From the NCBI RefSeq assembly GCF_044704955.1, contig NC_091984.1, positions 143,964,001 to 144,028,000 on the forward strand: a stretch of DNA of 64,000 bases, written 5' to 3'. The stretch comes from Pristiophorus japonicus. Taxonomy: Eukaryota. Each line of letters opens with the position of its first letter. Within the stretch, counting starts at the first letter, position 1. A model generated the notes under the pieces. It was not told the DNA's origin. It did no database searches and saw only the letters and a list, made by a program, of their open reading frames with translations. Positions 22,700-34,407 of the stretch are shown here, in pieces. The position numbers were made by a program, and so were the translations under genes.

Positions 22700-25350
22700 A
22701 AGAACATAAGAAATAGGAGCAGTAGTAGACCACCTGGGCCCTCGAGTCTGCCCCGCCATTTAATAAGATCATGGCTGATCTGATCTTGGACACAGCTCCA
22801 CTTCCCTGCCCGCTTCCCATAACCCTTTATTCCCTTATCGCTCAAAAATCTGTCTATCTCCACCTTAAATATAATCAATGACCCAGCCTACACAGCTCTC
22901 TGTGGCAGAGATTTCCACAGATTTACAAGCCTCTGAGAGAAGAAATTCCTCCTCAACTCAGTTTTAAATGGACGGCCCCTTATTCTGAGACTATGATCCC
23001 TAGTACTAGTTTCCCCTATGTGTGTAAATATCCTCACTGCATCCAACTTGGCGCCCCCTCATTATCTTATATGTTTCGATAAAATCACCTCTCATTCTTC
23101 TGAACTCCAATGATTATAGGCCTAACCTACTCAACCTATCCTCATAAGTCAACCCTCTCATCTTCAGAATCAATCCAGTGAAACTTCTCTGAACTGCTGC
23201 CAATGTAAGTATATCCTTTCTGAAGTATGGATACCAAAACTGCACACAGTACCCCAGGTGTGGCCTCACCAATACCCTGTATAGATGTAGCAGGATTTCT
23301 CTGCTTTTATACTCTATCCCCCTTGCAATTAAGGCCAACATTTCATTTGCCTTCCTGATTATTGCTGTAACCGCATACTAACTTTTTGTGTTTCATGCAC
23401 AAGGTCCCCTTTGCAATTTTTCTCCATTTGAAAATTAATTTGCTTTCCTCTTCATTCTGCCAAAGCGGAAAACCTCACATTTTCCCACATTACACTCCAT
23501 CTGCCAAATTTGTGCCCATTCACTTAGCTGGTCTATATCCCTTTGCAGACTATTTGTGTCCTCCTCACAATTTGCATTCCCACCCATCTTTGTCTTATAG
23601 GGTGATTATTTTTCATTCTATCTGATACTTAGAAATCGGCTGAAGACATACAATCGCCCTTCCTGGCTGTATCTATTGTAGGTTTGTGGTCATTGGTTCT
23701 GTGACCAGTTGATCTTCTTTTGGCCATTCTCTGCAGTGTTGTTCCCTCCATGTACGTTCCGTACTACATGTCCTTCTGTCCATTCATCTGTTTGTTCTTT
23801 CGACCTGTGTCCATCTGTACACGTGTCCTTCTATTTCTTCTGTGTGCTTCTTCTTCCGTCTGTTCCTGTCCTTCTTCCGTATTCTGCAGAACTGCTTCTA
23901 GCTCGCATATTTATATCCAGGTTATGACTGATCTCCCGCCACTGCGGTTTCTGATAAAGTGTTTGCATCGATATATTGTTTTGTGGTCCCCTTGGTTGAT
24001 TGACTGCAATAATGGACTCATCTGTTTTCCCATTTGCACACTGAGTCTGTAAGGCTCAAGTTGATTTCTCATCTTCACACCTCATCACAAAAGATGTGCA
24101 CCTAGTGTGGTTCCTTTGTTGTCTGGTCTTTTTACAGACTTGGTGTCTCCAGTGAGCTTGTTTTCCCCACCCTGGTCTATCAAGTTCAGGACCTCATGTA
24201 ACAACTCCATTCTTGTTATGCATGGAGTCAGTTTTGTTCCCTGACCAAGAATGCCCTTAATTGTCCAGCTTCATTCCAAAAGTTTGTATTAATCTTTAGT
24301 TCATGGTCACCTTCTGTGCTTTTCTGAAGATTAGTAACCTTACACTCCCTCCTTTAATGTTTCGCTAATATGAAACTAGAGACATTACTTGTGGAGTTAT
24401 TTTTCCATGAGCTCTATTTGGGTGTATTGCAGTCTCAGTCAAAAACTTCAGATTACATTCCTGTTTTACATCAAAAAACAGTACTTTTTCCTGACAAACC
24501 AACACTTGTACAACAAAAATGTTCGGCCTTGATCTGACTTCAGTTTTATATACAAACACTTTGGCTTTGGTTCATCTTAACAACTCTTCAACATTCCCTT
24601 CCTTTGTATTCTGTTTTAACTTACAGGATAAGATAAATAGTTACACCAAAGAACCAACGATACACTGGCTAGTGCATGAGACACGATTAGAACCCAGGAG
24701 AGAATCTGAATATTGAATCCCAAATCCCATTTTGGAGCGGCCAATATTTCCTCAATTTCCTCCCTTACTTTTTCATTTGTTTGGTGTAATGTGTAATAGT
24801 CTTTGTTGGATAGCTCAATGTCCTTCTTTGTATCATCAGCAAATTTGGCTACATTACACTCGGTCCCTTCATCTAAGTCATTAATGTAGATTGTAAATAA
24901 TTGAGGCCCCAGCACCGATCCCTGCGGCACCCCATTAGTTACCGTTTGCCAACGGGAAAGTGAACCATTTATCCTGACTCTCTGTTTTTTGTTAGTTAGC
25001 CAATCCTCTATCCATGCTAATATATTACCCCCAACCCCGTGAACTTTTATCTTGTGCTTTTTATGTGGCACCTTATCGAATGCCTTCTGGAAATCCAAAC
25101 ACACCACATCTACTGGTTCCTCTTTATCCACCCTGCTCGTTACATCCTCAAAGAATTCCAGCAAATTTGTCAAACATGATTTCCCTTTCATAAAACCGTG
25201 CTGACTCTGCTTGATTGAACTATGCTTTCCAAATGTCCTGCTACTGCTTCCTTAATAATGGACTCCAGCATTTTCCCAAACACAGAAGTTAGGCTAACTG
25301 GTCTATAGATTCCTGTTTTCTGTCTGCCTAATTTTTAAAATAGGAGCATT
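22700..25350 (-). mobile_element. CR1 LINE ORF2 split by a 1.2-kb insertion
   Basis: CR1 sequence is collinear across 23593/24825 with TCTTTGT on both sides. Confidence 0.85.
23594..24824 (-). mobile_element. Internal retroviral fragment: env-like tail, PPT and long partial LTR
   Basis: [52 protein letters not shown] (heptad + hydrophobic); aaaggagggag followed by TGTAAGG at 24344 on minus strand. Confidence 0.6.
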
Positions 25351-25424
25351 GCCTTTGCTGTGCGTGCTTTGGAGAGGGCGTTAAAAGTAGCGGTGACATC
25401 CAGAATACCAGATTTTGCCTCAAT

Positions 25425-25845
25425 TCAACAACAACAACTTGTATTTATATAGCGCCTCTAACATAGTGAAACGTCCCAAGGCACTTCCCAGGAGTATTAT
25501 GAGATACAAAATTTGATACCAAGTCACATAAGAAGAAATTAGTGTAGGTGACCAAAGAGGTATGTTGTAAGGAGTGTCTTGAAGGTGGAAAGAGAGGTCG
25601 AGAGACGGAGAGGTTTAGGGAGGGATTCCAGAGCTTGGGGTCTCGGCAACAGAAGGCACGGCCACCAATGGTTGAGCGATTATACTCAGGGATGCTCAGG
25701 AGGGCTGAATTGGAGGAGCGCAGACATCTCGGGGGGTTGTGGGGCTGGAGAAGATTACAGAGATAGGGAGGGGCGAGGCCATGGAGGGATTTGAAAACAA
25801 GGATGATAATTTTTAAAAAGAGGCGTTGGTTAATAGGCAGCCGAT
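25425..25845 (-). mobile_element. L2 LINE 3' end
   Basis: LPINQRLFLKIIILVFKSLHGLAPPYL...RCLRS...GGRAF; (GTT)n tail. Confidence 0.85.
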
Positions 25846-26059
25846 ATCGGTCTCTACTTCCCCGCCCGCCTCCCCTCACCGAGCCATTCTCACCGCCCCC
25901 CACCTCCAGCCGCTCCCCTGCCTTCCTCCCTCACTTCCGCCATCCTCACACCACATCCCTCACCCTCCCTCCCCCCATCCCAACTCACCCCTCACTCCCT
26001 CCCAAACTCCCTACCTCACATGCCCCTCCCCCCTCCCATCCCCTCTGCCCCTCCCGAAC

Positions 26060-27290
26060 CGGAGTAGACCATTCGGTCCCGAGAGCCTGCTCCGCCATTC
26101 AATGAGATCATGGCTGATCATCTACCGCAACTCAACTTTCCTGCACTGTCCCCATATCCCTTGATTCTCTTTGTATCCAAAAATCTATCGATCTCCGTCT
26201 TGAATATACTCAAAGACCAAGCCTCCACAGCCCTCTGGGGCAGAGTATTACAGAGATTCAACACCCTCTGAGTGAAGAGGTTTCTCCTAAATAGCCGACC
26301 TCTTATTTTGAGACTGTGACCCCTGGTTATAGACTCCCCAGCCAGAGGAAACATCCTCCCTGCATCTACACTGTCAAGCCCTGTCAGAATCTTATATGTT
26401 TCAATGAGATCCCCTCTCATTCTTCTAAACTCTGGAGAGTATAGGCCTTGGAATTGCGAAACCAAGGCGGGTAGATGGAGTTCAGATACAGATGAGCCGT
26501 GATCTGATTGAATGGGGAACAGGCTCGAGGGGCTGAATGGCCTCCTCCTGTTCATTGTGTCCAGCAGCAGCTGTGTACCTCCACAACCTCATCTTGACTT
26601 TTATCAGTCGCATCAGAGCCTTGATTCCCTCACCAGGGGGCTGGTGTTTCCAGATCAATGTCCAGCTGATCGATGCCATGAGTCAGACTCAATGAGTGCT
26701 GTCAGCGGGTGGAAAGGCTGCTCTAACTGCAGCCTTGTTCTAATGCATTTGGGGAGGGGCAACAAGGCAAGGGAATACATAATAAATGGGAGGGTACTGA
26801 GAGGGGTGGAGGAACGGAGGGACCTTGGAGTGCATGTCCACAGATCCCTGAAGGTAGCAGGCCAGGTCGATAAGGTGCTTAAAAAGTCATTCGCAATACT
26901 TGCCTTTATTAGCCGAGGCATAGAATAGAAGAGCAGGGAGGTTATGCTTGAACTGTATAAAACACTAGTTAGGCCACAGCTAGAGTACTGCGTGCAGTTC
27001 TGGTCACCACATTACAGGAAAGATGTGATTACACGAGAGAGGGTACAGAGGAGATTCACGAGGATGTTGCCGGGACTGGAGAATTTTAGCTATGAGGAAA
27101 GATTGGATCTGCTGGGGGTGTTTTCTCACTACATTTAAAAAGTACTTGGATGTGCACTTAAAGTGCTATAACCCACAGGGCTATGGACCCAGGGCAGGAA
27201 AGTGGGATGAGGCTGGGTCGCTCTTTGTTGGCCGGTGCGGACATGATGGGCCGAAATGGCCTCCTTTCGTGCTGTCATTTTCTGTGATTC
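26060..27290. mobile_element. CR1 3' fragments, both strands
   Basis: ORFs 26118-26555 (-) and 26944-27138 (+). Confidence 0.8.
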
Positions 27291-28469
27291 TATAATCGTG
27301 CTGGTGGTGTTGACCACTTTAAAAGTCACAGCATACATTTTATTGAAGCTATTTCCGTCCCCGGTTTTCCCGCTGCCAATAGTTGGATCAATCGATGCTG
27401 TAACTCCCCCTTGTGGTACATCTATATGGGCTCCACCCAAACCCCTGTTTTCAACCCTTGAACCCACATTGCCCACGCTAGCTGGAGCCCTGCTTCTTAA
27501 TTACAGCATCTCACAGCACAGAGGGAGGCCATTCAGCCCATCAAACCCATGCTGGCTCTTTGAAAGAGCTATGGACTACAATGGCCTGGACTAATGATCC
27601 AGAGACACGAGTTCAAATCCCACCACGGCAGCTGGGGAATTTAATTCAGTTAATTAAATAAATCTGGAATAAAAAGCTAGTGTCAGTAATGGTGACCACG
27701 AAACTGCCAGATTGTCGTAAAAACCCATCTACCTGGCCTGCTACCTTCAGGGATATGTGGACATGCATACCAAGGTCCCTTTGTTCCTCAAAAATCCTCA
27801 GTGTCCTACAATTTAATATGTATTCCCTTGCCTTGTTATCCTTCCCCAAAAGCATTACCTCAGACTTCTCTGGATTAAATCCCATTTGCCACTGTTCTGC
27901 CCACCTGACAATTTCATTGTTATCTTCTAGCAGTCTCCAGCTTTCTTCTTCATTATCAACAACACAGCCGATTTTAGAATCGTCTGCAAACTTCTTAATC
28001 ATACCCCCTACATTCAAGTCTAAATCATTGATATATACCACAAAAAGCAAGGGACCTAGTACTGAGCCCTGCAGAACCCCACTGGAAACAGCCTTCCAGT
28101 CACAAAAACACCCATCAACCATTACCCTTTGCTTCCTGCCTCTGAGCCAACTTTGGATCCAACTTACCACTTTTCCCTGGATCCCATGGACTTTTACTTT
28201 CGTGACCAGTCTGCCATGTGAGACCTTATCAAATGTCTTGCTAACATCCATATACAGTACATCAAACGTGCTGACGTCAGAGATCCTCCTTATTTCTTCC
28301 TCCATTAATTCAATTAAGTTAGCCAGACATGATCTTCCCTCAACAAATTCATGCTGACTGTCCTTGATTAACCCATCGATCTAAATGAAGATTTATCCTG
28401 TCTCTCAGGAATTTTTCTAATAATTTTCCCACCACCGGGGTTTGGCTGACTGGTCTGCAATGTACGTAG

Positions 28470-29910
28470 TTAATGTAACACCACTTTTTAAAAAGGGAGG
28501 GAGAGATGAAATGGGGTATTTATAGACCAGTTAGACTGACAGCAGTAGTGGGGAAAATGTTGGAATAATTTATTAAGGATGAAATAACAGCGCATTTGGA
28601 AAGCAGTGACAGGATCGGTCCAAGTCAGCATGGATTTGTGAAAGGGAAATCATGCTTGACAAATCTTCTGGAATATTTTTAGGATGTAACTATTAGAGTG
28701 GACAAGGGAGAACCAGTGGATGTGGTGTATTTGGACTTTCAAAAGGCTTTTGACAAGGTCCCACACAAGAGATTGTTGTGCAAAATCAAAGCACATGGTA
28801 TTGGCGGTAATGTACTGACGTGGATAGAGAACTGGTTGGCAGACAGGAAGCATAGAGTCGGGATAAATGGGTCCTTTTCAGAATGGCAGACAGTGACTAG
28901 TGGAGTGCCGCAGGGCTAAGTGCTGGGACGCCAGCTCTTTACAATATACATTAATGATTTAGATGAAGGAATTGAGTGTAATATCTCCAAGTTTGTTGAT
29001 GATACTAAACTGGGGAGTGGTGTGAGCTGTGAGGAGGACGCTAAGAGGCAGCAGGGTGATTTGGATAGGTTCGGTGAGTGGGCAAATGCATGGCAGATGC
29101 AGTATAATGTGGATAAATGTGAGGTTATCCAATTTGGGGGCAAAAACACAAAGGCAGAATATTATCTCAATGGTGACAGATGAGGAAAAGGGGAGTTGCA
29201 ACGAGACCTGGCTGTCATGGTTCATCAGTCATTGAAAGTTGGCATGTAGGTACAGCAGGCGGTGAAGAAGGCCATTGGTATGTTGGCCTTCATAGCTAGG
29301 GGGTTTGAGTATAGGAGCAGGAAGGTCTTACTGCAGTTGTACAGGCCTCAGCTGGAATATTGTGTTCAGTTTTGGTCTCCTAATCTGAGGAAGGATGTCC
29401 TTTCTATTGAGGGAGTGCAGCGAAGGTTCACCAGACTGATTCCCGGGATGGCTGGACTGCCATATGAGGAGAAACTGGATCAACTGGGTCTTTATACACT
29501 GGAGTTTAGAAGGATGAGATGGGATCTCATAGAAACATATAAGATTCTGACGGGACTGGACAAGTTAGATGCGGGAAGAATGTTCCCGATGTTGGGAAGT
29601 CTAGAAGCAGGGGACATAGTCTGAGGATAAGAGGTGAGCCATTTTGCACTGAGATGAGGAGAAACTTCTTCACTCAGAGATTTGTTAACCTGTGGAATTC
29701 CCTGCCGCAGAGAGTTGTTGATGTCAGTTCATGGATATGTTCAAGAGGGAGTTAGATTTGGTCCTTACGGCTAAATGGATCAAGGGGTATGGAGAGAAAG
29801 CAGGAAAGGGGTACTGAGGGAATGATTCGTTATAATCTTATTGAATGGCGGTGCAGGCTCGAAGGGCCGAATGGCCTGCTCCTGCACATATTTTCTGTGT
29901 TTCTATTTTT
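28470..29910 (+). mobile_element. CR1 LINE ORF2 nested in an oppositely oriented CR1
   Basis: ORFs 28698-28919, 28920-29183, 29262-29624. Confidence 0.92.
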
Positions 29911-29914
29911 CTTT

Positions 29915-32500
29915 GTAATTAATTGGTCTATCCCTTTCTCCCTTTTTAAAAAAAGGTGCAACATTAGCTATCCTCCAGTCCTCTGGCACCACACCTGTAT
30001 CCCGAGAATTGGAAAATGATGGTCAGAGCCTCTGCTATTTCCTTTTTGCTTCTCTTAATAGCCTGGGATACATTTCATCCAGGCCTGGGGATTTATCCAC
30101 TGTCAAATCTCGGAAACCCCTTAATACTTCCTCTCTCACTATCTTTATTTCATCTAATATTTCACACTTCTCTTCCCTGATTGCAATATCTGCATCGACC
30201 CTCTCTTTTGTGAAAACAGACACAAAGTATTCATTAAGAACCATACCGACATCTTACATCTCCACACACAGATTACCTTTATGGTCTTTAATAGGCACTA
30301 CTCTTTCTGTAATTATCCTCTTGCTCTTAATGTATTTATAAAACATCTTTGGGTTTTCCTTGATTTTACTTGCCAAGATGTTTTCATGCTCTCTCTTTGC
30401 TTTCCTAATTTCCTTTTTAATTGCAGCCCTGCACTTTCTATACTCCTCAAAAGTTCCTGCAGTATTGAGCCCTCAGTGTCTGTAATAAGCCTCCCTTTTT
30501 TACTTTATCCTACACTGTATTTCCCTTGACATTCAGGACCTCTAGATTTGTTAGCCCCACCCTTTTTCTTTCAGGGAACAGACTTACTCTGAAACCACAG
30601 GATTTCCTCCTTGAATGCCTCCCACTGCTCTGACACTGATTTACCTTCAAGTAGCCGTTTCCAGTCCACTTTGGCTAAATCTCATCTCAGCTCAGCAAAA
30701 TTGGCTTTTCCCCAATTGAGAACGTTTATTGCTGGTCTATATTTGTCCTTTTCTATAACTATTCGACATCTAACTGAATTATGATCACTGGCACCAAAAT
30801 GCTCTCCCACTGATACCTCTTCCACCTGCCCCTCTTCATTCCCCAAAACCAAGTCCAGAACCGTCCCCTCCCTTTTTGGGCTTGTTACAAACTGGCTAAA
30901 AAAAGTTCTGCTGAAAGCATTTTAGGAATTCCACACCCTCTATAGCTTTCACACTAATTTTATCCCAGTTAATTTTAGGGTAGTTGAAATCCCCTCCTAT
31001 TACTGCCCTATAGTTTTTGCACTTGTCAGAAATGTGCCCACATATTTGCTCTTCTCTCTCCCTCTGACTGTTTGGGGGTCTATAGTACACTCCCAGCAGT
31101 GTGATTACCCCTTTTTCGTTCTTCAATTCGACCTATATGGCCTCATTTGATGATCCTTCCGACATATCATCCCTCCTCACAGCTGTAATTGTTTCTTTCA
31201 ATTGTTTCACAACTGCGACCCCCTCCTTTTTTATCCCCCTCTCTATCCTGTCTGAAAACCCTGTAACCACGAATGTTGAGCTGCCATACCTGCCCTTCTT
31301 TCAGCCATGTCTCAGTAATAGCTATAATATCGTACTCCCAAGTGTCTATCTGTGCTCTCAGCTCATCTGCCTTATTCCCTATACTCCTTGCATTGAAGGA
31401 TATACCATTTAGCACTGCCAAACTGTCTTGCTGTCTATTTTCTAAGCTTTGTTTCCTCTGTCTCCCAAATTCACTTTCTACTTTTCTGCTTTCTAATTCC
31501 AGCTTTGCTTCTCGCCCGACTGAATCTATTCTCTGGTTCCCATCCCCCTGCCAAGCTAGTTTAAACCCTCCCCAACCACACTAGCAAATGCTGCCGTGAG
31601 GATTTTGGTCCCAGCTCTGTTGAGGTGCAACCCATTCGGCTTGTACAGATCCCACCTCCCCCAGAAACGGTCCCAGTGCCTCAGGAAACTAAAGCTCTGC
31701 CTCAGGAAACTAAAGCTCTACCTCCTGCACCATCTCTCCAGCCATGACACCGGGAGTAACCCAGAGTTTACTACCTTTGAGGTCTTGCTTTTTAATCTCG
31801 CTCCTAGCTCCCAAAACACTGCCTGTAGGACCTCATCCCTCTTTCTACCTATGTCATTGGTACCGATTTGGACCACAACCTCTGGCTGTTCACCCTCCCC
31901 CCTCAGAATGTACTGCAGCCACTCAGTGACATCCTTGACCCTAGCACCAGGCAGGCAACATACCATCCTAGAGTCACGTCTGCGGCCGCAGAAATGCCTG
32001 TCTGTTCCCCTAACTATCGAATCCCCTACCACTATTGCTCTTCCACTCTTCTTCCTCCTCCCTGTGCAACTGAGCCACCCGTGGTGCCGTGGACTTGGCT
32101 CTGGCTGCACTTCCTAGAGGAACCATCGCCCCCACCAGTACTCACAACACAATACTGGTTGGAGAGCGAGATGGACTCAGGGGACTCCTGCACTACCTGC
32201 CTGGACCTCCTCTTCTGTCTGGTGGTCACCCATTCCCTCTCGGCCTGCACACTCTTAAGCTGCGTGGTGACCACCTCTAGAAACGTGCTATCCACGAAGT
32301 TCTCAGCCTCGCGGATGCACCGCAGTGACTCCAGCCGCCGCTCAATCTCCGAAACGCGGAGCTCGAGTTGCTGTAGCTGGTGACTCTTCCTGCACATGTG
32401 GTCGTCCAGGCCACGAGAAGTGTCCAGGACTTCCCACATGGCACAGGATGTGCTCTCCATGGGACAGAACTGCCCTGCCGTGCCTCTATTTAATAGACTG
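29915..32500 (-). mobile_element. CR1 5' half: ORF1 (zinc finger, SGNH esterase) and ORF2 endonuclease; continues at 27720-28455
   Basis: SCAMWEV...CRK, IVVGDSIVRG, IGTNDIG, FNARSI...ITETWL, GVYYRPP, GDFN. Confidence 0.9.
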
Positions 32501-33183
32501 AGAACTGATAGAGCAGAAATAAAATTAAAACTATAAAAAAGCAGAAAATAGCCTGGCCGACATCAATCAGGCCATAATTTTTTCACCCCATCATTCCTCA
32601 TCTTTCCTGAGAGCTAAAATTTTCCAGTCCAGGCAACTTCTTCCTGTGTGCAATTGGTTGTAAAGCACTTTGGGACGTCCTGAGGTTGTGAAAAGCGCTA
32701 TATAAATTCAAGGCTTTATTTCATTGAAGTGGGAGGGCCCTCATCCTGACCTTCGCCAATTGTCTGCGCACTCTGACCTTCCAGGAGGTCATGGGATCAT
32801 TGGGAGCAGTGACCCTGCCTGACCCCGGTACACTGATGCTGATTGTAGCCTCACCTTTGACCTCTGGGCAGCAAGCTTTTAAATACAATCTAGAAGCTTC
32901 TGCACCGACACCCAACATGAAGCCTTGCTGAAGTGTGTTTATACAAGTGTGCCGCAATGTTCCCGGATAAAGTTCTCCCGATCTGTGTGTGATCTGAGCT
33001 TTCTCACTGCTGAGCCTGTTTCCCTGTATCCACCCATCTACAGTTCGAGCTTCCTGCCAGTGAACAGCGTCTTAACGGGACACTCAGTCTTTACCGACTC
33101 TTACTGTTAACCATTTCAGTGCTGAATGGGTGCCAACCCTGCACTGCAGATGTTTATACAACAGTCCAATATGATTTTGAGTA

Positions 33184-33608
33184 TCAGCCGTGGCTCAGTG
33201 CATTGCACTCTCGCCTCTGAGTCAGAAGGTTGTGGATTCAAGTCTCAATCCAGGGACTTGAGCACAAAAATCTAGGCTGACACTGCAGTGCAGTGCTGAT
33301 GGAGCACTGCACTGTCGGAGGTGCCGTCTTTTGGATGAGACTTTAAACCAAGGCCCGGTCTGCCCTCTCAGGTGGTTGTAATAGATCCCATGCCACTATT
33401 TCGAAGAAGAGCAGGGGAGTTCTCCCCGGTGTCCTGGTCAATATTTATCCCTCAACCAACATGACAAAAGAACAGATTATCAGGTCGTTATCACATCGTT
33501 GTTTGTGGGAGCTTGCTGTGCACAGATTGGTGGCTGTGTTTCCCACATTACAACAGTGACTACACTCCAAAAGTACTTCATTGGCTGTAAAGCGCTTTGA
33601 GATGTCCA
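33184..33608 (+). mobile_element. tRNA-head Deu-domain SINE (SacSINE1/AmnSINE1-like)
   Basis: A box tggctcagtg, B-box-like gattcaagtc, core ctgcactgtcggaggtgccgtcttt.ggatgagac, L2-like tail; tail pieces also near 20535-20685 and 32650-32720. Confidence 0.8.
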
Positions 33609-33815
33609 CCTTACAATCAAACGCATTTCTATTCAGACTAAACTTATCAAACGAGGCAAAGAAGATTAAGAATTAGTGTTGCTAGCCTCTAATGATTAAA
33701 CACCAGCCAGGAGTTCATTAACCCAGCTCTCCGTTATCAGATGTGATTATCCACATACGGAGACACACACAAACATTAATATACACCTGTTAAACATCCT
33801 TCTCCTCCCTTTCAG

Positions 33816-34144
33816 GCCGAGGGAAGACACCACCCACGCTGACCCTGCTGCCCCCCTCTCTGGAGGAGGTCACGACCAAGGGCACTGCCACCCTGGTGTG
33901 CCTCGCCGATCACTTCTACCCCGATGCGGTGGAGGTGGAGTGGAAGAAGGACGGGGAGACCATTTCGGCCGGGGACCAGACCAGCGACTACCTGCGAGCT
34001 TCGGACAACACCTACAGTGTCAGCAGCCTGCTGACCCTCTCTGGCTCCGACTGGGAGTCCAACGCCAGCTTCTCCTGCAGCCTCACCCACGAGAGCCTCT
34101 CCTCTCCCCTCAGCAAGGGCATCAGGAGAGCAGAATGTGCGTAG
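33816..34144 (+). CDS. IGKC: Ig kappa-type light chain constant exon
   Basis: Pyrimidine tract + AG (33814-15); in phase with J: (S)RGKTPPTLTLLPPS...ATLVCLADHFYP...VEWKKD...YSVSSLLTLS...FSCSLTHESL...RAECA*; penultimate Cys for H-L bond. Confidence 0.97.
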
Positions 34145-34236
34145 TGTGTCAGAGACAGTTCGGGGGAGACACAACTTTAAATAGAACAGGGGGTGAGCCG
34201 GGAGGCCAAAGGTCATTGTCAGCACTGCATTTGGAA

Positions 34237-34407
34237 ACTGCTGCAGTACAGAGGGACCTGGGTGTCCTTGTGCATGAAACAGAAAAAGTTAGTATGCAGG
34301 TACAGCAAGTGATCAGGAAGGTCAATAGAATGTTGGCCATTATTGCAAGGGGGATGGAGTATAAAAGCAGGGAAGTCCAGCTACATCTGTACAGGGTATT
34401 GGTGAGA
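34237..34407 (+). mobile_element. CR1 fragment in the C-exon 3' UTR
   Basis: AAVQRDLGVLVHE...QVQQVIRK...YRVLVR. Confidence 0.85.

Larger units (their letters stand above)
27131..32590 (+). repeat. Duplicated block, copy A (paralogous to 51338-54836)
   Basis: Same order and same junctions of CR1 tail, non-repeat spacer, SINE piece, inverted CR1 and distal flank (caggccataattt...ttcacccca). Confidence 0.9.

Noticed and set aside
27256-27594. 112-aa hydrophobic ORF retained in both duplicated blocks (also 51462-51803)
   Set aside because: Starts in a CR1 tail, ends in SINE/CR1 pieces, and differences are mostly amino-acid changing; no sign of coding constraint.
33184-33260. tRNA gene
   Set aside because: A/B boxes belong to a SINE head; same for 54888-54960.
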